From the NCBI GenBank assembly GCA_040757555.1, contig JBFLWN010000006.1:5748-69747 (forward strand): 64,000 bases of DNA, written 5' to 3'. The position numbers and the translations under genes were made by a program. This document shows positions 29,883 to 37,985 of the stretch, piece after piece; positions within the stretch are counted from its first letter, which is position 1, and each line of letters begins with the position of its first letter. This stretch comes from Patescibacteria group bacterium (GTDB lineage Bacteria > Patescibacteriota > Minisyncoccia > UBA6257 > GWB1-50-10). The notes under the pieces were generated by a model. It was given only the letters and a program-made list of their open reading frames with translations. It was not told where the DNA came from and searched no databases.

Positions 29883-30428
29883 ATGAATCAGTTTTCGAAC
29901 ACCCCGTCACAAAACACGCGTATATTCACCATACCGAATATCATTACATGTATTGGTATTCTTTTTGCCGTGGGAACCGGATATTGTGTGTTTACAAAAC
30001 AATACCTATTGGGATTTGTGTTTTTTATTATTAGTGCAATTTCGGATTTTTTCGACGGATTCACTGCGCGACACATTGAAAAGAAAAGGCCCGGATATGG
30101 AACTTCGCGGGTCGGGGAAATACTTGATCCAATACGAGACAAACTTCTCATCCTTGCGGTGGTGTTCATAAATCTGAAAATCGGGGTTCTTATTATTATT
30201 GCAGAGTTGGTTTCAATTCTCGCATCATATTTTGCCCGTGAAGCCGCTGGTCACCACGTCATCACAAAAACAAGTAAGTTTGTTACCACCGTGCAATTTA
30301 TACTTGCTCCCATATTTTTTTTAACACAAGAAGAATTTCTGTTTTTTCTATTCCTTATATTCTCCTGTCTTCGAGGAATAAGTTATCTTTTTGAATTTGA
30401 AAAACATAAAAGAAAATCCCCTCAATAA
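29883..30428 (+). CDS. CDP-alcohol phosphatidyltransferase (PgsA-like)
   Basis: TIPNIIT, DFFDGFTAR...GEILDPIRDK signature. Confidence 0.92.
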   Translation: MNQFSNTPSQNTRIFTIPNIITCIGILFAVGTGYCVFTKQYLLGFVFFIISAISDFFDGFTARHIEKKRPGYGTSRVGEILDPIRDKLLILAVVFINLKIGVLIIIAELVSILASYFAREAAGHHVITKTSKFVTTVQFILAPIFFLTQEEFLFFLFLIFSCLRGISYLFEFEKHKRKSPQ

Positions 30429-30445
30429 GGGGATTTTTACTATTT

Positions 30446-30976
30446 TTAATTCTGAAATAATGAAAGAAGATATTTTGTTGCTTGATAACTGAGTCTTGTG
30501 GAATAACGCCCAAGAAATTCATTTATCACCTGATTCGGGTGCCGAGTTTTAAACTTTTCTTCCGAAAATTTTGGATTAATCTTTTTTACAATTTTCGAAG
30601 TAATAGGAATAGAAAAATGTACTAATTTTGATTTTTTTAGATCTGCAACAAGTACGGGATTTTTGGGATCGCTTCCGCTTTTCTCTTTAATAAAGAAATA
30701 TCCTATTAAATACTGTCTTCCCCTCCAAAGTGTCCGAAAAAAAAGATAGTCCCCAGGACGTATTACTCTCCTTAATCCTTGGTGACAAACACTGTAGGTC
30801 CCATTCTTAAAGTCTGGATCTTTTTTGATGTAATAATTAACCCCCTCTTTCTTTTTGGCCAATGAGCCGAGAAACGGATCATTTGTTCTTTTCCCATTTG
30901 CACTTATCCTCATAATTCCTCTCTCAAACGTGCTTTTATTTTGATCAGAAAAACATGGGGTGATAATACCAACCAT
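30446..30976 (-). CDS. Hypothetical protein resembling nucleotide-modification-associated domains (Nmad2/Nmad3)
   Basis: KDPDF..GTYSVC..LRRVIRPGDYLFF...YLIGYFFI pattern; AAGGAG SD; family match by eye only. Confidence 0.5.
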   Translation of the reverse strand: MVGIITPCFSDQNKSTFERGIMRISANGKRTNDPFLGSLAKKKEGVNYYIKKDPDFKNGTYSVCHQGLRRVIRPGDYLFFRTLWRGRQYLIGYFFIKEKSGSDPKNPVLVADLKKSKLVHFSIPITSKIVKKINPKFSEEKFKTRHPNQVINEFLGRYSTRLSYQATKYLLSLFQN

Positions 30977-31061
30977 AATTATCTCCTTTTTGTTGTAAAA
31001 AACTATCTATAGCCTATCCCCATCTCTTTTCTTTTGCAATTCTCGGTGATATGATGACTCC

Positions 31062-31562
31062 ATAGAACAACGAATAAACAATCAAATAACCGCTCCGGAA
31101 CTCCGTGTAATCGGTGAAAATGGGGAGAATCTCGACATCATGAAGCGCGATGATGCACTTGCGCTTGCATATGGGAAAAATCTCGATCTTATCGAAATTG
31201 CCCCAACCGCAAAACCCCCGGTAGCACGCATTATGGATTTTGATAAGTTTCGATATCAAAAAGAGAAAGAATTAAAAAAACAAAAACAATCGCAAAAAAA
31301 TTCCGAATTAAAGCAAATTCGTATTACCCCACGTGCAGCACTAAATGACCTCCAGATAAAGGCGGCAAAAACAGATGAGTTTTTAAAAGCGGGACATAAA
31401 GTAGAAATTAATCTCTTCCTAAAAGGGAGAGAGAAAGCAAATAAAGAGTGGGCATTGAAAAAACTTCGTGAATTCCTCACCCTTATTAAGGAACCACATC
31501 AAAACACAACAGAACCAAAACAAGGAGGAAGGGGGTTTAATATGCAGATAACGAAGAAATAG
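31062..31562 (+). CDS. infC: Translation initiation factor IF-3, non-canonical ATA start
   Basis: RINNQITAPELRVI lies in frame upstream of the track ATG (31140); in-frame TGA at 31047; PPVARIMDFDKFRY, LFLKGRE. Confidence 0.93.
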   Translation: MEQRINNQITAPELRVIGENGENLDIMKRDDALALAYGKNLDLIEIAPTAKPPVARIMDFDKFRYQKEKELKKQKQSQKNSELKQIRITPRAALNDLQIKAAKTDEFLKAGHKVEINLFLKGREKANKEWALKKLREFLTLIKEPHQNTTEPKQGGRGFNMQITKK

Positions 31563-31678
31563 TTCCACATCTGTTTCTTAAAAACCATAAAACCACATAC
31601 GTGGTTTTATGCTGAAAAATGAGTGTGGGGTTGCAATAATTTCAAAAAAAGCGTAGAATTTCTCTCACGTAAGCCTAT

Positions 31679-31849
31679 ATGAAAAAAAGTATTACACAAC
31701 GGATAAAAATTACCCGAACGGGAAAAATAAAGCGCCGAGCGACTACGCTTGGGCACTCTCGGAGTAATAAAAGCAGCACCCAATATCGGAGGAAAAAAAG
31801 AAGTCGTGATCTTTCCATGGCAGTGAAAAAAATTATCATGTACGTATGA
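31679..31849 (+). CDS. rpmI: 50S ribosomal protein L35 (56 aa, not in track)
   Basis: MKKSITQRIKITRTGKIKRR...GHSRSNKS, between infC and rplT; ATGA overlap with rplT. Confidence 0.92.
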   Translation: MKKSITQRIKITRTGKIKRRATTLGHSRSNKSSTQYRRKKRSRDLSMAVKKIIMYV

Positions 31850-32193
31850 CACGCGTAAAACGAGGGACAATCGCTCATAAAAAACGAGAACGATTACTCA
31901 AAAAAACAAAAGGATATCGATGGGGAAGAAAAAGTAAGGAACGTGCGGCAAAAGATGCACTACTTCACGGGCTCTCACGATCATTCAAGGGAAGAAAAGA
32001 AAAAAAGAGAGAATATCGATCATTATGGCAGACACAAATAAATGCCGCGACACGAATAAACGGAACAAAATACAGTACGTTTATGAATAACCTCAAGAAA
32101 AAGAATATACTGATAGACCGAAAAATACTCGCCCAAATCGCAAAAGAATATCCAGAGGTATTTAAAAAAATTGTAGAAGAATCACTAAAATAA
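31846..32193 (+). CDS. rplT: 50S ribosomal protein L20
   Basis: MTRVKRG, KGYRWGR, RSLWQTQINAA, IDRKILA. Confidence 0.97.
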   Translation: MTRVKRGTIAHKKRERLLKKTKGYRWGRKSKERAAKDALLHGLSRSFKGRKEKKREYRSLWQTQINAATRINGTKYSTFMNNLKKKNILIDRKILAQIAKEYPEVFKKIVEESLK

Positions 32194-32227
32194 AAAACTA
32201 CCCCGATGTACACCGGGGTAGTTTTTT
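32192..32227. terminator. Bidirectional terminator; palindrome family copy 3
   Basis: AAAAAACTACCCCGATGTACACCGGGGTAGTTTTTT. Confidence 0.75.
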
Positions 32228-32762
32228 ATTGTTCATTTTTTATATGTATATTTTTGGGCCGCGAACTATCTCCCCCTCGCTCACGCACAGTAGTGCTCTT
32301 TTTTTGTTGGTCTATATGGCGATGCGATAATCCCTTTTTTCGGACAATAAGATCGTGGGCATTCTTCAAATTCTTTTTTAGGTTCGGATGGATAAGCATA
32401 CGAAGAGCGTCCCGATAGAGAAACCATCCATATCCCTGTTGTTCTGGATCGGGAGGAAGACGAACGGTTACTTTATCTGTTTCGGCGAGATAATAACTTA
32501 CTGTTTTAAAAACTTTTTCTTTGTCTTTAATAAAGGTAAACCTATCTTGAACCCTGAACCAGTCAATAAAAAGAAGGTCTTTTTTTCCTATTCCCGTTTC
32601 TTCATACACCTCACGCAACGCGGCGGGGAAATTTTTTTCTCCTTCATTTAATTTTCCTTTTGGAAAATTCCAATATCTTCCGCGATGATATAAAAGTAAA
32701 AATTTCGGGCCCTCGCTCGTCATGCGATAAATAATCATTCCTGCACTTATTTCTTTTGTCAT
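32226..32762 (-). CDS. NUDIX hydrolase (Ap4A hydrolase-like)
   Basis: WNFPKGKLNEGEKNFPAALREVYEETGI Nudix box. Confidence 0.92.
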   Translation of the reverse strand: MTKEISAGMIIYRMTSEGPKFLLLYHRGRYWNFPKGKLNEGEKNFPAALREVYEETGIGKKDLLFIDWFRVQDRFTFIKDKEKVFKTVSYYLAETDKVTVRLPPDPEQQGYGWFLYRDALRMLIHPNLKKNLKNAHDLIVRKKGLSHRHIDQQKKSTTVRERGGDSSRPKNIHIKNEQ

Positions 32763-32773
32763 ATATAAATAAT

Positions 32774-33442
32774 TTATCTTCCGAGATTTATGGGGGTGTG
32801 ATCACGAAACGTCTCTGTTTTTTCTGAAGTTGTTTTTGGAAGAATAAGGTGAGGCACATAAAAAAGAATAAATGCTCCCGCAAATGATAGTATTCCTACA
32901 AGAACAAATATCGCTTGAAACCCAAAAACCCCACCAATTACTCCCCCCAGAAGAGCAGTGATTCCGTGTGCAAATCCAATGGTAGTACTGCTGAGCGACC
33001 AATTAAATGCTGCGTGAGTCTTATCAACGTGTCGGGAAAATATTGCAGACCACGAAGGGACATAAAGACCCATGGCAATCGCATGTATAAATTGAACCAC
33101 ATAAAGCCCCACAACGGTATGTATTGTTAAAAACATCATGGCTGAAAAACCAGCAAGTACCAATCCAAACACAAGTGTATAGAAATCATCTTTTTCGCCC
33201 TCACGCTTATCTATGAGAATAGCAACAGGAATTTGGATAAACGACTTTACAATCCAATAAATTGCCGACGTCATCCCAACAGTAATGAGTGTTGCCCCAA
33301 CAACATCTTCAAGAATAAAAATCGAAAAAATCGGGCCAATGAGTCCCCACCCCCCCAAAAATATCAGATCGGAAACAACAAAATATTTTACTACTTTATT
33401 TATTTTAAGATCTCCAAAATCGACATGAAAATGTGTGTGCAT
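32774..33442 (-). CDS. Half-size MFS transporter-like protein (6 TM)
   Basis: 222 aa, QIPVAILIDKREG motif-A-like loop, six TM. Confidence 0.75.
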   Translation of the reverse strand: MHTHFHVDFGDLKINKVVKYFVVSDLIFLGGWGLIGPIFSIFILEDVVGATLITVGMTSAIYWIVKSFIQIPVAILIDKREGEKDDFYTLVFGLVLAGFSAMMFLTIHTVVGLYVVQFIHAIAMGLYVPSWSAIFSRHVDKTHAAFNWSLSSTTIGFAHGITALLGGVIGGVFGFQAIFVLVGILSFAGAFILFYVPHLILPKTTSEKTETFRDHTPINLGR

Positions 33443-33454
33443 ATATTTTATATA

Positions 33455-35947
33455 TTACTCTTTAATGTGGAATACAAAATCAGATCCTTCATACACCAAC
33501 AAAATAGTGTTCCCTCTTCCGACTTCTTTTTTTAATATTTTTTCTGCGAGTACCCCGCGAATTTTTTCGGAAATCACTTGTCGAAGAGGACGAGCACCAA
33601 ATACTGGGCTGTATCCAAGCTCCCCAATTTTTTGTATTGCACTTTCTTCTACATGAAGCGTGATTCCGTGGACCTCACGGAGAAGTTCGGCCACTTCATG
33701 TACCAACAATCCCGCGACTTGCTCTATTTCTTCCCTGTTAAGATTCCTAAACACAACAACGTCAGAAAATCTGTTGATGAGCTCCGGTTTAAAATAGTCG
33801 GTAAGCTTCTTCTTTAGTTGCTCCCCAATTTCTTCAATTGTTTTTCCCCCCTCCACCTCCTCTTTTATAAACTGTGAGTGTGCGTTTGATGTCGCGATAA
33901 TAATAGTATTCTCAAAATTTACCGTTCTTCCTAATCCATCACTCAATCTTCCATCGTCAAAAACCTGAAGAAAGATATTTAATACATCAGGATGTGCTTT
34001 TTCAAACTCATCCAACAAAATAAGGCTGTATGGTTCCTGCATCACCCCATCAGTAAGTGCCCCACTTTTTGTTCCGTCGGGAGTTCCGATAAGCCTAAAA
34101 ATACTCTGTTTATCTTGGTATTCTGACATATCAAACCGTTGCATTAAGTCTTTTGATCCAAATTGTATTTTTGCAAGTATCTTTGCAAGCTCCGTCTTTC
34201 CAACCCCAGTTGGACCAACAAATAAAAACGTTGCGATTGGCCCCCCCTGGCGCGAAAGTCCGCTCCGATATTCGCGAAGCGCTTGCGCAACATTACGCAC
34301 CGCAACCTTTTGATTTATTAATTTTTTGTGAATTATCTCTTCCAAATTAAGAAGTTGTTCCGCCTCCAGCCCAGATGCTTTTTGTATTGGGATCTTGCTT
34401 TGTTTTTCTGCAATATCAATCACAAAATCTTGGGTGAGAACTTTTTCTTTCAAGTGCTCCGCTTGTACAATTGCCTCTTTTAAAAGATCTGACGCACTTC
34501 CCGGAAGGAGTTTATTTCTAAAATACCTATGCGCCAACTCGACGGACTTTCTAATTGCTTTAAACGTGATAAAAACCTTAAAATCGTTTTCAAGAAAAAT
34601 ACTACGATATACCAGGAAGCGTGTAGCTTCTTCTTCAGAAATTTCATCAATCTGAACTACATCAAATTGATTTAAAAAGTCTGTACGGGGTTCTATATAT
34701 GATTTAAACTCTCTCGGATAGGTATCTCCAATAACAGGAATTTCTTGGTTTTCAATTATTGGCAACAAAAGATCTATCACGTTAATCGCTTGAGTTGTGG
34801 TGGTTCGAAAAAGATCATGGATGTTTGGAATAAAAAGCACAATATTCCCTGCGCTTACTATATCTTGAACCATTTTTTGCATTCGATCAGTGAGTTGTTC
34901 TTGTGTTGCACCGGAAATGAGTTTTGAGATGTCGAGTGAAATAAGTCTTTTATCAAACAACACCTTAGGAACATTATCTTTCACCATTTGGAGCGCCAAG
35001 TGTGCAACAATAGTTGATTTTCCTGACCCTGGATCGCCTACCAACAAGACGTTTGGTTTTCCGGGGCGAGAAATAACACGAAGAATTTCTTCATATTCTT
35101 GATCGTGACCAATAAGAAACCCAATCTTTTCTCTGCGCACCATTTCGGTAAGATCGCTTCCATATTGATCCAAAAATGGTGTTGGCCGCGACGTCCAAGC
35201 TCGGTTTATCACCCTCTTTCGTATTGCTTTTGACTCATATACAAGACCACCTAAAAATGAAGGGAGACTCTTAATCCCCGAAAGAAAGCGAGTGTATCTT
35301 CCGAAAATAATCGCCTCTGCAACATCACCAGGAAGAATATTAAAAAGATTTAATGTTTTTTGTATGGGCGAATATCCACTTGATATGATTGCGGCAAACA
35401 CATTCCTGGGTTCTATATATTTTTCATGAACTGCACATGCGTTGTTATATGCCCCTTCCGCAATTGAGGAAACTATCTCATATAATTCCTCTTTTTTTCT
35501 TTTTGTTGTCGAATCAAGGTGTTGAGAAATCTTTTCTGCAAACTCCGCGTGACGAATATCAAGCCGAGTGAGAACTTTCTGTATGTCTCTTCTCTTTATG
35601 AGTTCCAAAAGCATAACACGATAAGGATCTTCTCCCGTCATAAATGAACGGCGAAACCCATAACCAAGTATTCTGTATGTGGGGGTGGTACACGCGAGTG
35701 CGATGTTTTGATCTTTTTTTTCTTTTATTTCTAGAATTGTTTTCTCACCCTTTCGCGCATGAAGAAGTCTGTCAAAAAGAAATATTCCAAGAAGAAGAGA
35801 AAACCAACGAAGCGATTCGATGTCAGAAAAAAACAAAAGCACACAAACAGACACAGAAAATATGTAGGCCGAATAAGTCACAAAACGCACGGTAGTTTCT
35901 CCAATACCAGATAAAAATAATCGCTGTTCTTTAAAATAAATATTCAT
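33455..35947 (-). CDS. Membrane-anchored ClpA/ClpB-family AAA+ ATPase
   Basis: Two N-terminal TM; GDPGSGKST; GPTGVGKTE; LLDEFEKAH; FKPELINR; FGARPLR. Confidence 0.9.
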   Translation of the reverse strand: MNIYFKEQRLFLSGIGETTVRFVTYSAYIFSVSVCVLLFFSDIESLRWFSLLLGIFLFDRLLHARKGEKTILEIKEKKDQNIALACTTPTYRILGYGFRRSFMTGEDPYRVMLLELIKRRDIQKVLTRLDIRHAEFAEKISQHLDSTTKRKKEELYEIVSSIAEGAYNNACAVHEKYIEPRNVFAAIISSGYSPIQKTLNLFNILPGDVAEAIIFGRYTRFLSGIKSLPSFLGGLVYESKAIRKRVINRAWTSRPTPFLDQYGSDLTEMVRREKIGFLIGHDQEYEEILRVISRPGKPNVLLVGDPGSGKSTIVAHLALQMVKDNVPKVLFDKRLISLDISKLISGATQEQLTDRMQKMVQDIVSAGNIVLFIPNIHDLFRTTTTQAINVIDLLLPIIENQEIPVIGDTYPREFKSYIEPRTDFLNQFDVVQIDEISEEEATRFLVYRSIFLENDFKVFITFKAIRKSVELAHRYFRNKLLPGSASDLLKEAIVQAEHLKEKVLTQDFVIDIAEKQSKIPIQKASGLEAEQLLNLEEIIHKKLINQKVAVRNVAQALREYRSGLSRQGGPIATFLFVGPTGVGKTELAKILAKIQFGSKDLMQRFDMSEYQDKQSIFRLIGTPDGTKSGALTDGVMQEPYSLILLDEFEKAHPDVLNIFLQVFDDGRLSDGLGRTVNFENTIIIATSNAHSQFIKEEVEGGKTIEEIGEQLKKKLTDYFKPELINRFSDVVVFRNLNREEIEQVAGLLVHEVAELLREVHGITLHVEESAIQKIGELGYSPVFGARPLRQVISEKIRGVLAEKILKKEVGRGNTILLVYEGSDFVFHIKE

Positions 35948-35951
35948 ATGA

Positions 35952-36296
35952 TTATGAGGTGAGTGTTTTATATAAGAGAAATAGTGGAATAAGAAACCAC
36001 AAAACATAGAGAAGAACAGCACCAATAAATACACATATATAAATTGCGGTTGTTATCACAAGACGGACAATACGAAATAAAAACCCAAACACATATCCAA
36101 TAAAGGAATAATCACCATAAAGAGGTTTAAAAAGATTTTTTGCAGTAATTTTCCACGCAAAAACCCTATCCATTGACTCAAATCGATTAATGACAAAATT
36201 AAGATACATTCGAATGCTTTTCACATACCAATGTCTTAAAAATTCAAATATTCTATAAAAAAACCTTTCTATGAGATAGACTGCGGTAAAATTCAT
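35952..36296 (-). CDS. Hypothetical membrane protein upstream of the Clp ATPase
   Basis: 114 aa, C-terminal TM pair, stop 4 nt before the Clp ATG. Confidence 0.8.
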   Translation of the reverse strand: MNFTAVYLIERFFYRIFEFLRHWYVKSIRMYLNFVINRFESMDRVFAWKITAKNLFKPLYGDYSFIGYVFGFLFRIVRLVITTAIYICVFIGAVLLYVLWFLIPLFLLYKTLTS

Positions 36297-36352
36297 AATA
36301 ACTCAACTTATATTTAATTATACTCAACAAAATAGGAAAGCGCACTTTTGCC

Positions 36353-36976
36353 CTACAAAAGCTTTTCTTGATCCCCTGAATTCATAGTTTCTTCGTGGCT
36401 CGGTTCTTTTTGTATTAACGTATTATATTTTTTTATCACTAACGGAAGTTTATAAAAACTCTCCGTCAATTTTTTTAGCATTTCCGTTGAGCGCAATCCT
36501 GCGGCGGGATGAAGAAGTGGGACAAGAAGTTTTCCGTTTCCAATTCTGAATATTTTCCCCTGATCTCGAGTTATTTTTGCGGTAGGAATAAAATAATTCA
36601 TTGAAAAACGCCCAAGTGTTGCAATAATTTTCGGACTAATAATTTCTATTTGTCTTGTGAGGTATGGCCTATATGCCTCAATTTCTTCGGGAAGCGGGTC
36701 CCTATTCATTGGGGGGCGACGTTTCACAATATTTGTAATATATACATCCTCGCGTTTCCACCCAACCGCCTCGGTAAGTTTATCAAGTAATTTTCCTGAT
36801 CGCCCAACAAATGGGCGTTTTAGTTCGTCTTCTTTTTTCCCGGGCGCTTCTCCAATAAACAATATGTCGCAGTTAATATTTCCCTCACCAAATACGAGGT
36901 TTGATTCTCGAAGCGGGAGAGATGCGTCTTCTATCAATTCTTTTTCAAGTTTCTTTAATAACTCTTCTTTAGACAT
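36353..36976 (-). CDS. Uracil-DNA glycosylase, family 4-like
   Basis: FIGEAPG, PFVGRSG, YITNIVKRRPP.NRDP, LHPAA. Confidence 0.95.
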   Translation of the reverse strand: MSKEELLKKLEKELIEDASLPLRESNLVFGEGNINCDILFIGEAPGKKEDELKRPFVGRSGKLLDKLTEAVGWKREDVYITNIVKRRPPMNRDPLPEEIEAYRPYLTRQIEIISPKIIATLGRFSMNYFIPTAKITRDQGKIFRIGNGKLLVPLLHPAAGLRSTEMLKKLTESFYKLPLVIKKYNTLIQKEPSHEETMNSGDQEKLL

Positions 36977-36990
36977 GGTTCAATTATAAA

Positions 36991-37911
36991 TCAAAAACGA
37001 ATTATTTCCTCTTCTAAATTGATTTTAAATCTTGTTTTTACCATTTTTTTAAGAAGGGTCGTAATGTTGTTTACATCTTCTGCTGTTGCGTTCCCTATAT
37101 TGATAAAAAGATTCCCGTGATAATCCGCAACTTTTATTCCTCCTACACACATTCCCTTCGCCCCAATAGATTCAAGAAGGTATCCGGCCGGAATTTTTCC
37201 TTCAATAATTTTTGAAGTGTCAATTTTTTTTATTGTATTTTTGGAAATGTTTTTTGCTAAAACGTTTTTGAAAAAACTTCCGGGACATTTTAGTGTGGGG
37301 GGGTATTTTTTGTTTCGTATCAGTCTTATATTTTTTGAGACGTCACGCGCGGTGTTTTTTTTGTTTCTTTTGAGAATAATTTTTACCCTCAAAATAATCA
37401 GATTTTTTCTCTTAAAAAGACTTTCCCGATATCCAAATTTACACATATTCCGACTCATCCAAAATATCTTTTTTCCGTCAAATATCTGAACCATATGTAC
37501 TACTTCGGAAATAGAGTGTCCATATGCCCCCGCATTTCCGTATACCGCACCCCCAATTGTTCCGGGAATCGCGGTGAGTGACTCAAGTCCACTATATCCA
37601 TCGCGAAGTGATTTTTTTACAACCGAATCAAGCAACACCCCGGAATCAACAATATATTTGTTTCTATCCCGTACTATTTTTCCCCCACGGACACAAACTA
37701 ACAATTCTTTGAAATTATTTCTTTCAAAAAATATATTACTGCCCCCAGCAAAGATTTTCATGGAAAATTTTTTCCCTTTTGCCCACAAGGCCGCGGATAC
37801 AACATCTTCAGGTTTTTTTGCCAAAAAAAATAACTCGGCATTTCCCCCAATGCCAAATGTTGAATATTTTTTAAGCAAAATATTTTTTTGAATCTTTATA
37901 TTATCTTCCAT
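36991..37911 (-). CDS. murB: UDP-N-acetylenolpyruvoylglucosamine reductase
   Basis: STFGIGG, GGSN, IPGTIGGAVYGNAGAYG, FGYRES, GSFFKN, HGN, LEEEI; track start 37995 reads through a tRNA. Confidence 0.95.
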   Translation of the reverse strand: MEDNIKIQKNILLKKYSTFGIGGNAELFFLAKKPEDVVSAALWAKGKKFSMKIFAGGSNIFFERNNFKELLVCVRGGKIVRDRNKYIVDSGVLLDSVVKKSLRDGYSGLESLTAIPGTIGGAVYGNAGAYGHSISEVVHMVQIFDGKKIFWMSRNMCKFGYRESLFKRKNLIILRVKIILKRNKKNTARDVSKNIRLIRNKKYPPTLKCPGSFFKNVLAKNISKNTIKKIDTSKIIEGKIPAGYLLESIGAKGMCVGGIKVADYHGNLFINIGNATAEDVNNITTLLKKMVKTRFKINLEEEIIRF

Positions 37912-37985
37912 GGTGCCCTCGAGAGGAGTTGAACCTCTATTTCCAGCTTCGGAGGCCAGCGTTCTATCCATTAAACTACGAGGAC
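37911..37985 (-). tRNA. tRNA-Arg(CCG)
   Basis: Reverse complement GTCCTCG...CTGGC-CTCCGAA-GCTGG...GGTTCAACTCC...CGAGGGC-A-CCA. Confidence 0.93.
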
